DNA of 53,851 bases. Origin: Psilocybe cubensis (taxonomy: Eukaryota). The DNA lies in NCBI GenBank assembly GCA_017499595.2, contig CM038999.1, positions 4,278,001 through 4,331,851 of the forward strand, in the 5' to 3' direction. The notes beneath the pieces are model-generated. The model was not told the origin of the DNA. It searched no databases and worked only from the letters and a program-made list of their open reading frames with translations. Shown in pieces: positions 38,968-50,044 of the stretch (position 1 is the stretch's first letter; every line of letters starts with the position of its first letter). Both the position numbers and the translations under genes were made by a program.

Positions 38968-41900
38968 GGGGGGGAGCGAGCACCGAGCGAAGCGAGGTGC
39001 GAGCGACTTGTTTAAACTGTGAGTTAAATGGAAAGAAGGCCAGAGGGCTGTTGATTGTTATCAGCAGCCAGCCCTTTCGTCTTTATAGACTCTTCAGTGG
39101 CTATTCTTAGAAGGAATGTTCTGGAACATCCGATGACAGCGCGTGAAGTGATGCTGCGCAGCTGTCATGTATCTTACCGACTATCACAAATCTGTCAATG
39201 TTTATTGTCAAGTTAGACAGATCTCTGATGAACAGAGTGTCACGGGTCGATGTGGCACATGGTAACCTGTCAAAAGTGGATCCAACACTTTTGTTCTTTG
39301 ACATCGTGGGTTATTGACTGTGATGTGAATCACATGGATATAAAATACTCTGGTTACGTGGCTCCGAGTAACCGTGACATGGGAATATTCTCATGTCAAG
39401 AGTATAAATAGCTTACCTGGGTCCTTACCTAACAATCAATTGATTGATTGTTGTGAATCTTAATTGGACAGTTCATGATCCGGTCCATCAAAAATGTTTC
39501 CACGGTACTAAGGAACTTTTCCCGAGGTACTAAGTAACTTTTCCCATGTACTAAATTAGATCCGGCCCTTCACAATCACATGCCTTTCGGAAGTTCACAC
39601 GCCTACCTTACTTCCTACTAAGGTTAGACTTAGTTAGCTTAGGGTTGGGGTTAGGTTAGGGCTTAGGGTTTAGGGTTTAGGGTTTAGGTTTAGGTTTAGC
39701 TATTTAATCCAATGTGTTGCTTGTAAGTAGATGTTTGTTACTTTGTAGCAAGGAATACTTACGGTTAGGGTTTTTTTCTAATGCTTTACGCCTTACGCGC
39801 TAGTATTCTTTTCATCGGTTGTAAGATTTGGATATTCTGCCGAATTCTGGATGTTCCCTCTCTTGTGAGATTGAACGTCTATGAAGTATTATCTCGTTAT
39901 CACTTTCGATACTTATCTGTTCAGCAGCTTCAACTAAAGCAGAATGATAAGTTTCATTAACGTTTTGAGTTTCGGGAACAACACCACCTTTTTCAGCGAT
40001 GTCTTCATCCAGTTTACGAAAGACTGTTTTCTTCCACACATTTGTAAGGTCGAAAAGATTAGTATTGCGTTTTCGCGATACTATCCAACGACTTCCGAGT
40101 AGTCCTATCTTCCTCAAATCCGGTACGAACTCAGTTTCTCCGTCCACGAGGATCTGTGTGAACAGCTCCGGGCGAACATCATCGAGGTCGTGAACGTAAT
40201 TTGGATCTGGTTTGATAAGGGGTCTGGACGAGTCTGCACTATACAAACCTTTCTCGGCATGTTCATACCATGCCGACCAGTACTCGGTAACAGTTTTTCC
40301 AAGTTCAGCAGCTGAAAACCAATTCCATACCTGATCAAATCTGGTTTTAAGTACAAGAATGGATTCGTCGTGCTCTGCGACTCGTAAAGCGAATCGCTTT
40401 TCCCAACGTTCTTGTATATTCTTCTTACACCAAGACATGACTAGGTTTTCGGGATAACCGCGCATCAAATAGAGAGCGTTAAGGTCTCTAATTGCTCCGA
40501 TGTAGATTTCCTTGGTACTACATAGCACGGCTAACCTGGATAACTCTCCAATGTAGACGCCACGTTTGACGTCCAAAGGATGATGTGATACCCATGGAAC
40601 TCGTTCTCGGTTGTTTCCTGTCTTGACAAATGGCTTCCAATGAAGTTTTCCAGACTCCTTGAATATGAAAGCATCGAGAAATTGACATCCCGACGAGGAA
40701 ACAGCCCATTCGATAACACAACCATCGAACTTTATTGTTTCTTTAATAAGATTAAGTGCAAGTGCTTCGGACTCGGCGTAAACAATTGCGAAACAATCGT
40801 CGATGTACCTTCCATAGAAGGCCACGTTTGGGTGGTCTAAGATTTTTGACTTTATTTCAAAATGGGCTCCAAAGAGGTTAGCAAGGTCCGGAGAATCCGC
40901 GACGCCCATTGCGAGGCCATTTTTTTGTCTAAAATATCTAGACCCATGTTGTGTTATCAATTGCGTATTGCCAATCTCGATAGCACGTTTAAAGATGCCC
41001 AATTTAACCAAGTTATTCTCTAACGAATTTGGATTAATATGGGCTAATGCAGTGTTTTCTTCCGAAGCGTTGAGTAACCATTCCTCGTACATATTACAAA
41101 CGATTTCGATGCACAAGTCCAACGGAATATTGGGATAGAAAGCAACTACATCCCCGGTGACAAAATACCATTGTCGTTTGGGGTCTATACGCAATTGGCT
41201 TAATCTCGTAAAGAGATCCTTCGTTCCGTGAATGATTGAAGGAGTCGATTTAATAATCGGCTTAAGCTCTTTTGATACAAACTTGGCTGCAGGATTAAAT
41301 ACTACAGAGTGACACGGAATTATGGGTCTAAATCCAGTAGGTTTTTTGTGGATTTTAGGTATACCATGAAATTGAGGATACTTGAACGATGATCCGTCTT
41401 CCGGTACATTCGATAGAAAGAATCGAGACAACCCAAGTTCAAATAGAAACAGATGTTCATCTTCGACGGTACGTGCAAGAGTTTGCATCTGGATCATTTT
41501 GCTCTTCATTACTTCTTGCGCAACTTCGAATTCTAACTCTTCATAGTTACGTTCATCTTCAAGAAGATTGAGCTCATTCCTTAATATCCAGTCGCGTTCA
41601 GACACCGCGAGGCCAAGATTCTTATCTGTCATCGTAATAACATAGTTGTTATCGATAAGAAACTTACGGATCTTGTCCCTTTTAGGAGAGAACGCGTGCT
41701 TTCGCATCTCCGTAAGGGCTTCTTCCGGGATACTTGCGATCGTGCGTTGCACGTACCGACGTCCCATCGAAAGGCCAAGTTCCATGTATTGCGGTAATAC
41801 TGGAGGTTTCTCTTTCTTTTTTGAGCTTACTCCGTAATCTGGATCAAAAGGTTTGTTCATGCCTTCCTTAAACAAAAAATAGATACGCCATCTTATTCTT

Positions 41901-44071
41901 CGTTGAAAATCATTCCATGCTTGCATGATCAGACTTTGAGAAGGCAGAGTAAAAAACATATAATTGAGTCCGAGTGACAAATCATTTGCTATATCTACAG
42001 GGACCACCACACCAGGACTACAGTGTACACTACTACGATACTGGCCAGCCAACAAGAATGAGATCGGCGTATGTAAGTGTACAAAAGAAACTGCGTCTGT
42101 TTTAGTCATGGTGAGTATATCGTCAGGAATAGAGTTGGGGAAGGCGGGTCTTACCGACGTAAAAGGTACTACATTAGACCGCGCGTCTAGGCTCTTGCCT
42201 TTCCCTTTCCCTTTGGATCGTTCTTGACGGGAGCTCTCCCCTTCCCTTTCTTCTTGTTGTCGACCTTGTTGGAAGCCTTGGTTTGGGGCTTCTTCTGCGA
42301 AGGCGTCGACGAGGGTTTGAATTTCGAAGGGCCAGCTTTCTTGGCCTGAGGTTGAGGAGCCTTGGACGAATTCTGGCCAGACAAAGTCTGGGTAATTAGA
42401 ATAGTAATTAGTATCCAGAATTATGGGTGAAGGGTTACGAGAACTTGCCTTCTTGCCCACAGATCCAAGGTTGAGCTTCTTGAGACGTGCATTCAAGCCC
42501 TTATCAATAAGGGATTGAATCGATGGACCTGGTTTGGTCGCATCGGCCATCTCGACATCGGCTGTTGCCGCAGTCGACCGCTTTTTCTCAATCTTGATTG
42601 CCAAAGCGCGGTGGCGCAAGTTGACAATCTGTTTGATATGAGAGAAGATGGCTGGCAAAATGGTTTGCAATGCGCTGCATTCAGCCTTCTTCTGCGGTGA
42701 CACTACCCAATCTGTTATTCGACGAACTCCCTTGTTGTCTGTAGAGAAAACGGGGAGCTTATAGCTGGATTTGCGATCATCGTAAGTTGTCTTAACGATG
42801 AGGGCAGCAGCTTCATAACAGTTATTGAGTGCGCATTTATCATCCCAAAAGGCCAGTTCGTCCTTTTTCGCCTGAATGGCGCCGTCGTTGATTGCCTTTT
42901 GGAAGACATCACGAGCGGTGGAGAACGTAGAGGAAACTCGAAGAGCTTCCGCTGACCCGGCATCCGCGAATTCCTTCGTAAGTTGGAACTCGGGAGCCTT
43001 CACCCGAAGGCGATTGGGGGTGTTGCCTGCGCTAACGGCAAGTTCAAGGCGCTCGAGGCTAGCCTTGACTGTTTCCCTCTTATCGCACCACGATGCGAGG
43101 TTGAGGAGAAACTCCCTAAGGGCAGCACGATAGTCAAAAAAGACGCAGTCTACAATCTGGTCAATGGAGCGGCACTCAGCTATTTTCTTGATGACGACAG
43201 TGGCCAACTCGTCGATGAGGGCGTTGTGGCGGCCAGCTTCGTCGTTGACGCCAAAAACTGTGTTGTTGACGACAGCCTGGGTGAGTGCGTCCAGGGTGGG
43301 GGACATGGCACGAGAGAAGGCAGCAGAGTAAGTGGAAGACATAGTAGCTGTTGGGTAATAGCAAAGTCGTTGGGTTTAGGGGGGGAGCGAGCACCGAGCG
43401 AAGCGAGGTGCGAGCGACTTGTTTAAACTGTGAGTTAAATGGAAAGAAGGCCAGAGGGCTGTTGATTGTTATCAGCAGCCAGCCCTTTCGTCTTTATAGA
43501 CTCTTCAGTGGCTATTCTTAGAAGGAATGTTCTGGAACATCCGATGACAGCGCGTGAAGTGATGCTGCGCAGCTGTCATGTATCTTACCGACTATCACAA
43601 ATCTGTCAATGTTTATTGTCAAGTTAGACAGATCTCTGATGAACAGAGTGTCACGGGTCGATGTGGCACATGGTAACCTGTCAAAAGTGGATCCAACACT
43701 TTTGTTCTTTGACATCGTGGGTTATTGACTGTGATGTGAATCACATGGATATAAAATACTCTGGTTACGTGGCTCCGAGTAACCGTGACATGGGAATATT
43801 CTCATGTCAAGAGTATAAATAGCTTACCTGGGTCCTTACCTAACAATCAATTGATTGATTGTTGTGAATCTTAATTGGACAGTTCATGATCCGGTCCATC
43901 AAAAATGTTTCCACGGTACTAAGGAACTTTTCCCGAGGTACTAAGTAACTTTTCCCATGTACTAAATTAGATCCGGCCCTTCACAATCACATGCCGTTCG
44001 GAAGTTCACACGCCTACCTTACTTCCTACTAAGGTTAGACTTAGTTAGCTTAGGGTTGGGGTTAGGTTAGG
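38968..44071 (-). mobile_element. PLE unit 8, full-length with a second upstream pLTR (43372-44071); hammerheads at 39039-39101 and 43450-43512
   Basis: Both pLTRs share private variants (GACTTGTTT, TTGATTGTTATC, GATCTCTG, TAAAATACTC, CCGTGAC, TCTCATGTCAAG). Confidence 0.95.
39812..43342 (-). CDS. Full-length EN-less PLE reverse transcriptase (1176 aa); GC-AG intron at 42388-42448
   Basis: Same motifs as 35153-38686. Confidence 0.95.
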   Translation of the reverse strand: MSSTYSAAFSRAMSPTLDALTQAVVNNTVFGVNDEAGRHNALIDELATVVIKKIAECRSIDQIVDCVFFDYRAALREFLLNLASWCDKRETVKASLERLELAVSAGNTPNRLRVKAPEFQLTKEFADAGSAEALRVSSTFSTARDVFQKAINDGAIQAKKDELAFWDDKCALNNCYEAAALIVKTTYDDRKSSYKLPVFSTDNKGVRRITDWVVSPQKKAECSALQTILPAIFSHIKQIVNLRHRALAIKIEKKRSTAATADVEMADATKPGPSIQSLIDKGLNARLKKLNLGSVGKKASSRNPSPIILDTNYYSNYPDFVWPEFVQGSSTSGQESWPFEIQTLVDAFAEEAPNQGFQQGRQQEEREGESSRQERSKGKGKGKSLDARSNVVPFTSVRPAFPNSIPDDILTMTKTDAVSFVHLHTPISFLLAGQYRSSVHCSPGVVVPVDIANDLSLGLNYMFFTLPSQSLIMQAWNDFQRRIRWRIYFLFKEGMNKPFDPDYGVSSKKKEKPPVLPQYMELGLSMGRRYVQRTIASIPEEALTEMRKHAFSPKRDKIRKFLIDNNYVITMTDKNLGLAVSERDWILRNELNLLEDERNYEELEFEVAQEVMKSKMIQMQTLARTVEDEHLFLFELGLSRFFLSNVPEDGSSFKYPQFHGIPKIHKKPTGFRPIIPCHSVVFNPAAKFVSKELKPIIKSTPSIIHGTKDLFTRLSQLRIDPKRQWYFVTGDVVAFYPNIPLDLCIEIVCNMYEEWLLNASEENTALAHINPNSLENNLVKLGIFKRAIEIGNTQLITQHGSRYFRQKNGLAMGVADSPDLANLFGAHFEIKSKILDHPNVAFYGRYIDDCFAIVYAESEALALNLIKETIKFDGCVIEWAVSSSGCQFLDAFIFKESGKLHWKPFVKTGNNRERVPWVSHHPLDVKRGVYIGELSRLAVLCSTKEIYIGAIRDLNALYLMRGYPENLVMSWCKKNIQERWEKRFALRVAEHDESILVLKTRFDQVWNWFSAAELGKTVTEYWSAWYEHAEKGLYSADSSRPLIKPDPNYVHDLDDVRPELFTQILVDGETEFVPDLRKIGLLGSRWIVSRKRNTNLFDLTNVWKKTVFRKLDEDIAEKGGVVPETQNVNETYHSALVEAAEQISIESDNEIILHRRSISQEREHPEFGRISKSYNR

Positions 44072-44097
44072 GTTTAGGGTTTAGGGTTTAGGGTTTA

Positions 44098-45365
44098 GGG
44101 GGGGAGCGAGCACCGAGCGAAGCGAGGTGCGAGCGACTAGTTTAAACTGTGAGTTTGAAATAGAAAGAAGGCCAGAGGGCTGTTGGGGGATCCCAACAAC
44201 CAGCCCTTTCGTCTTTATAGACTCTTCAGTGGCTATTCTTAGAAGGAATGTTCTAGACATCCGATGACAGCGCGTGAAGTGATGCTGCGCAGCTGTCATG
44301 TATCTTACCGACTATCACAAATCTGTCAATGTTTATTGTCAAGTTAGACAGGTCTCTGATGAACAGAGTGTCACGGGTCGATGTGGCACATGGTAACCTG
44401 TCAAAAGTGGATCCAACACTTTTGTTCTTTGACATCGTGGGTTATTGACTGTGATGTGAATCACATGGATATAGATTACTCTGGTTACGTGGCTCCGAGT
44501 AACCGCGACATGGGAATATTCACATGTCTAGAGTATAAATAGCTTACCTGGGTCCTTACCTAACAATCAAACAATAGAATGATTGATTGTTGTGAATCTT
44601 AATTGGACAGTTCATGATCCGGTCCATCAAAAATGTTTCCACGGTACTAAGGAACTTTTCCCGAAGTACTAAGTAACTTTTCCCATGTACTAAATTAGAT
44701 CCGGCCCTTCACAATCACATGCCGTTCGGAAGTTCACACGCCTACCTTACTTCCTACTAAGGTTAGACTTAGTTAGCTTAGGGTTGGGGTTAGGTTAGGG
44801 TTTAGGGTTTAGGGTTTAGGGTTTAGGTTTAGCTATTTAATCCAAAGTGTTGCTTGTAAGTAGATGTTTGTTACTTTATAGCAAGGAATACTTACGGTTA
44901 GGGTTTTTTTCTAATGCTTTACGCCTTACGCGCTAGTATTCTTTTCATCGGTTGTAAGATTTGGATATTCTGCCGAATTCTGGATGTTCCCTCTCTTGTG
45001 AGATTGAACGTCTATGAAGTATTATCTCGTTATCACTTTCGATACTTATCTGTTCAGCAGCTTCAACTAGAGCAGAATGATAAGTTTCATTAACGTTTTG
45101 AGTTTCGGGAACAACACCACCTTTTTCAGCAATGTTTTCATCCAGTTTACGAAAGACTGTTTTCTTCCACACATTTGCAAGGTCGAAAAGATTAGTATTG
45201 CGCTTTCGCGATACTATCCAACGACTTCCGAGTAGTCCTATCTTCCTCAAATCCGGTACGAACTCAGTTTCTCCGTCCACGAGGATCTGTGTGAACAGCT
45301 CCGGGCGAACATCATCGAGGTCGTGAACGTAATTTGGATCTGGTTTGATAAGGGGTCTGGACGAG
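44098..45365 (-). mobile_element. PLE unit 9, 5'-truncated (ORF tail 44945-45365); hammerhead at 44171-44233
   Basis: pLTR plus ORF tail; only GGGTTA separates it from the next unit. Confidence 0.92.
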
Positions 45366-45370
45366 GGTTA

Positions 45371-45507
45371 GGGGGGGAGCGAGCACCGAGCGAAGCGAGG
45401 TGCGAGCGACTAGTTTAAACTGTGAGTTTGAAATAGAAAGAAGGCCAGAGGGCTGTTGGGGGATCCCAACAACCAGCCCTTTCGTCTTTATAGACTCTTC
45501 AGTGGCT
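45371..45507 (-). mobile_element. PLE unit 10, 137-bp stub: terminus plus hammerhead only (45444-45506)
   Basis: Ends at TTCAGTGGCT, followed by TTTAGGG repeats. Confidence 0.9.
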
Positions 45508-46401
45508 TAGGGTTTAGGGTTTTAGGGTTTAGGGTTTAGGGTTTAGGGTTTAGGGGGGGAGCGAGCACCGAGCGAAGCGAGGTGCGAGCGACTAGTTTAA
45601 ACTGTGAGTTTGAAATAGAAAGAAGGCCAGAGGGCTGTTGGGGGATCCCAACAACCAGCCCTTTCGTCTTTATAGACTCTTCAGTGGCTATTCTTAGAAG
45701 GAATGTTCTAGACATCCGATGACAGCGCGTGAAGTGATGCTGCGCAGCTGTCATGTATCTTACCGACTATCACAAATCTGTCAATGTTTATTGTCAAGTT
45801 AGACAGGTCTCTGATGAACAGAGTGTCACGGGTCGATGTGGCACATGGTAACCTGTCAAAAGTGGATCCAACACTTTTGTTCTTTGACATCGTGGGTTAT
45901 TGACTGTGATGTGAATCACATGGATATAGATTACTCTGGTTACGTGGCTCCGAGTAACCGCGACATGGGAATATTCACATGTCTAGAGTATAAATAGCTT
46001 ACCTGGGTCCTTACCTAACAATCAAACAATAGAATGATTGATTGTTGTGAATCTTAATTGGACAGTTCATGATCCGGTCCATCAAAAATGTTTCCACGGT
46101 ACTAAGGAACTTTTCCCGAAGTACTAAGTAACTTTTCCCATGTACTAAATTAGATCCGGCCCTTCACAATCACATGCCGTTCGGAAGTTCACACGCCTAC
46201 CTTACTTCCTACTAAGGTTAGACTTAGTTAGCTTAGGGTTGGGGTTAGGTTAGGGTTTAGGGTTTAGGGTTTAGGGTTTAGGTTTAGCTATTTAATCCAA
46301 AGTGTTGCTTGTAAGTAGATGTTTGTTACTTTATAGCAAGGAATACTTACGGTTAGGGTTTTTTTTCCCAATGCTTTACGCCTTACGCGCTAGTATTCTT
46401 T

Positions 46402-49400
46402 TCATCGGTTGTAAGATTTGGATATTCTGCCGAATTCTGGATGTTCCCTCTCTTGTGAGATTGAACGTCTATGAAGTATTATCTCGTTATCACTTTCGAT
46501 ACTTATCTGTTCAGCAGCTTCAACTAGAGCAGAATGATAAGTTTCATTAACGTTTTGAGTTTCGGGAACAACACCACCTTTTTCAGCGATGTTTTCATCC
46601 AGTTTACGAAAGACTGTTTTCTTCCACACATTTGCAAGGTCGAAAAGATTAGTATTGCGCTTTCGCGATACTATCCAACGACTTCCGAGTAGTCCTATCT
46701 TCCTCAAATCCGGTACGAACTCAGTTTCTCCGTCCACGAGGATCTGTGTGAACAGCTCCGGGCGAACATCATCGAGGTCGTGAACGTAATTTGGATCTGG
46801 TTTGATAAGGGGTCTGGACGAGTCTGCACTATACAGACCTTTCTCGGCATGTTCATACCATGCCGACCAGTACTCGGTAACAGTCTTTCCAAGTTCAGCA
46901 GCTGAAAACCAATTCCATACCTGATCAAATCTGGTTTTAAGTACAAGAATGGATTCGTCGTGCTCTGCGACTCGTAAAGCGAATCGCTTTTCCCAACGTT
47001 CTTGTATATTCTTCTTACACCAAGACATGACTAGGTTTTCGGGATAACCGCGCATCAAATAGAGAGCGTTAAGGTCTCTAATTGCTCCGATGTAGATTTC
47101 CTTGGTACTACATAGCACGGCTAACCTGGATAACTCTCCAATGTAGACGCCACGTTTGACGTCCAAAGGATGATGTGATACCCATGGAACTCGTTCTCGG
47201 TTGTTTCCTGTCTTGACAAATGGCTTCCAATGAAGTTTTCCAGACTCCTTGAATATGAAAGCATCGAGAAATTGACATCCCGACGAGGAAACAGCCCATT
47301 CGATAACACAACCATCGAACTTTATTGTTTCTTTAATAAGATTAAGTGCAAGTGCTTCGGACTCGGCGTAAACAATTGCGAAACAATCGTCGATGTACCT
47401 TCCATAGAAGGCCACGTTTGGGTGGTCTAAGATTTTTGACTTTATTTCAAAATGGGCTCCAAAGAGGTTAGCAAGGTCCGGAGAATCCGCGACGCCCATT
47501 GCGAGGCCATTTTTTTGTCTAAAATATCTAGACCCATGTTGTGTTATCAATTGCGTATTGCCAATCTCGATAGCACGTTTAAAGATGCCCAATTTAACCA
47601 AGTTATTCTCTAACGAATTTGGATTAATATGGGCTAATGCAGTGTTCTCTTCCGAAGCGTTGAGTAACCATTCCTCGTACATATTACAAACGATTTCGAT
47701 GCACAAGTCCAACGGAATATTGGGATAGAAAGCAACTACATCCCCGGTGACAAAATACCATTGTCGTTTGGGGTCTATACGCAATTGGCTTAATCTCGTA
47801 AAGAGATCCTTCGTTCCGTGAATGATTGAAGGAGTCGATTTAATAATCGGCTTAAGCTCTTTTGATACAAACTTGGCTGCAGGATTAAATACTACAGAGT
47901 GACACGGAATTATGGGCCTAAATCCAGTAGGTTTCTTGTGGATTTTAGGTATACCATGAAATTGAGGATACTTGAACGATGATCCGTCTTCCGGTACATT
48001 CGATAGAAAGAATCGAGACAACCCAAGTTCAAATAGAAACAGATGTTCATCTTCGACGGTACGTGCGAGAGTTTGCATCTGAATCATTTTGCTCTTCATA
48101 ACTTCTTGCGCAACTTCGAATTCTAACTCTTCGTAGTTGCGTTCATCTTCAAGAAGATTGAGCTCATTCCTTAATATCCAGTCGCGTTCAGACACCGCGA
48201 GGCCAAGATTCTTATCTGTCATCGTAATAACATAGTTGTTATCGAAAAGAAACTTTTGGATCTTGTCTCTTTTAGGAGAGAACGCGTGCTTTCGCATCTC
48301 TTTAAGGGCTTCTTCCGGGATACTTGCGATCGTTTTAATAACGTACCGACGTCCCATTGAAAGGCCAAGTTCCATAAATTGCGGTAACATTGGAGGTTTC
48401 TCTTTCTTTTTAGAGCTTACTCCATAGTCTGGATCGAAAGGTTTATTCATGCCTTCTTTAAACAAAAAATAGATACGCCATCTTATTCTTCGTTGAAAAT
48501 CATTCCATGCTTGCATGATCAGATTTTTAGAAGGCAGTGTAAAAAACATATAATTGAGTCCAAGAGATAAATCATTTGCTACATCAACAGGGACCGAAAC
48601 ACCAGGACTACAGTGTACACTAGATCTATACTGGCCAGCCAATAAGAATGAAATCGGGGTATTGAGGTGTACAAAAGAAACTGCGTCTGTTTTAGTCATG
48701 GTGAGTATATCGTCAGGAATAGAGTTGGGGAAGGCGGGTCTCACCGACGTAAATGATGCTACAGTAGACCGCGCGTCTAGGCTCTTGCCTTTCCCTTTCC
48801 CTTTGGATCGTTGTTCTTGACGGGAGCTCTCCCCTTCCCTTTCTTCTTGTTGTCGACCTTGTTGGAAGCCTTGGTTTGAGGCTTCCTCTGCGAAGGCGTC
48901 GACGACGACTTGGGTTTCGAAGGGCCAGCTTTCCTGGCCTGAGGTTGAGGAGCCTTGGACGAATTCTGGCCAGACAAAGTCTGGGTAATTAGAGTAATAA
49001 TTAGTGTCCAGAATTATGGGTGAAGGGTTACGAAAACTTGCCTTCTTGCCCACAGATCCAAGGTTGAGCTTTTTGAGACGTGCATTCAAGCCCTTATCAA
49101 TAAGGGATTGAATCGATGGACCTGGTTTGGTCGCATCGGCCATCTCGACATCGGCTGTTGCCGCAGTCGTCCGCTTTTTCTCAATCTTAATTGCCAAGGC
49201 GCGGTGGCGCATGTTGACAATCTGTTTGATATGAGAAAAGATCGCCGGCAGTATAGTTTGCAGCGCACTGCATTCGGCTTTCTTTTGCGGAGACACTACC
49301 CACTCTGCTATACGTCGAACTCCCTTGTTGTCTGTAGAGAAAACAGGGAGCTTGTAGCTGGATTTGCGATCATCGTAAGTTGCCTTAACGATGAGGGCAG

Positions 49401-49935
49401 CAGCTTCGTAGCAAGAGTTGAGCGCGCATTTATCATCCCAAAAAGCCAGCTCGTCCTTTTTCGCCTGAACGGCGCCGTCGTTAATTGCCTTTTGGAAGGC
49501 ATCACGAGCGGAAGAGAACGTAGTGGAGACTCGAAGAGCCTCCGCTGACCCGGCATCCGCGAATTCCTTCGTAAGTTGGAACTCGGGTGCCTTCACCTTA
49601 AGGCGATTGGGCGTGTTGCCTGCGCTAACGGCAGATTCAAGGCGCTCGAGGCTAGCCTTGACTGTTTCCCTCTTGTCGCACCACGATGCGAGGTTGAGGA
49701 GAAACTCCCTGAGGGCAGCACGATAGTCAAAAAAGACGCAGTCTATGACTTGGTCAACGGAGCGGCACTCAGCTATTTTTTTGATGACCACAGTGGCCAG
49801 CTCGTCGATAAGAGCGTTATGGCGGCCTGCTTCATCGTTGACGCCGAAGACAGTGTTGTTGACGACGGCCTGGGTGAGTGCGTCCAGGGTAGGGGACATG
49901 GCACGAGAGAATGCAGCAGAGTATTGGGATGACAT
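46402..49935 (-). CDS. Full-length EN-less PLE reverse transcriptase (1177 aa); GC-AG intron at 48981-49041, in-frame GT-AG intron at 46524-46577
   Basis: Same motifs as 35153-38686. Confidence 0.95.
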   Translation of the reverse strand: MSSQYSAAFSRAMSPTLDALTQAVVNNTVFGVNDEAGRHNALIDELATVVIKKIAECRSVDQVIDCVFFDYRAALREFLLNLASWCDKRETVKASLERLESAVSAGNTPNRLKVKAPEFQLTKEFADAGSAEALRVSTTFSSARDAFQKAINDGAVQAKKDELAFWDDKCALNSCYEAAALIVKATYDDRKSSYKLPVFSTDNKGVRRIAEWVVSPQKKAECSALQTILPAIFSHIKQIVNMRHRALAIKIEKKRTTAATADVEMADATKPGPSIQSLIDKGLNARLKKLNLGSVGKKASFRNPSPIILDTNYYSNYPDFVWPEFVQGSSTSGQESWPFETQVVVDAFAEEASNQGFQQGRQQEEREGESSRQEQRSKGKGKGKSLDARSTVASFTSVRPAFPNSIPDDILTMTKTDAVSFVHLNTPISFLLAGQYRSSVHCSPGVSVPVDVANDLSLGLNYMFFTLPSKNLIMQAWNDFQRRIRWRIYFLFKEGMNKPFDPDYGVSSKKKEKPPMLPQFMELGLSMGRRYVIKTIASIPEEALKEMRKHAFSPKRDKIQKFLFDNNYVITMTDKNLGLAVSERDWILRNELNLLEDERNYEELEFEVAQEVMKSKMIQMQTLARTVEDEHLFLFELGLSRFFLSNVPEDGSSFKYPQFHGIPKIHKKPTGFRPIIPCHSVVFNPAAKFVSKELKPIIKSTPSIIHGTKDLFTRLSQLRIDPKRQWYFVTGDVVAFYPNIPLDLCIEIVCNMYEEWLLNASEENTALAHINPNSLENNLVKLGIFKRAIEIGNTQLITQHGSRYFRQKNGLAMGVADSPDLANLFGAHFEIKSKILDHPNVAFYGRYIDDCFAIVYAESEALALNLIKETIKFDGCVIEWAVSSSGCQFLDAFIFKESGKLHWKPFVKTGNNRERVPWVSHHPLDVKRGVYIGELSRLAVLCSTKEIYIGAIRDLNALYLMRGYPENLVMSWCKKNIQERWEKRFALRVAEHDESILVLKTRFDQVWNWFSAAELGKTVTEYWSAWYEHAEKGLYSADSSRPLIKPDPNYVHDLDDVRPELFTQILVDGETEFVPDLRKIGLLGSRWIVSRKRNTNLFDLANVWKKTVFRKLDENIAEKGGVVPETQNVNETYHSALVEAAEQISIESDNEIILHRRSISQEREHPEFGRISKSYNR
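48777..49935 (-). CDS. Predicted spliced ORF1 isoform (exons 49935-49042 and 48980-48777; 365 aa ending ...KKKGKGRAPVKNNDPKGKGKARA*)
   Basis: 894-nt exon 1 plus 204-nt exon 2, in frame after removal of the 61-nt GC-AG intron. Confidence 0.6.
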
Positions 49936-50044
49936 GGTAACTGATGGGTGATAGCAAAGTCGTTGGGTTTAGGGGGGGAGCGAGCACCGAGCGAAGCGAG
50001 GTGCGAGCGACTAGTTTAAACTGTGAGTTTGAAATAGAAAGAAG

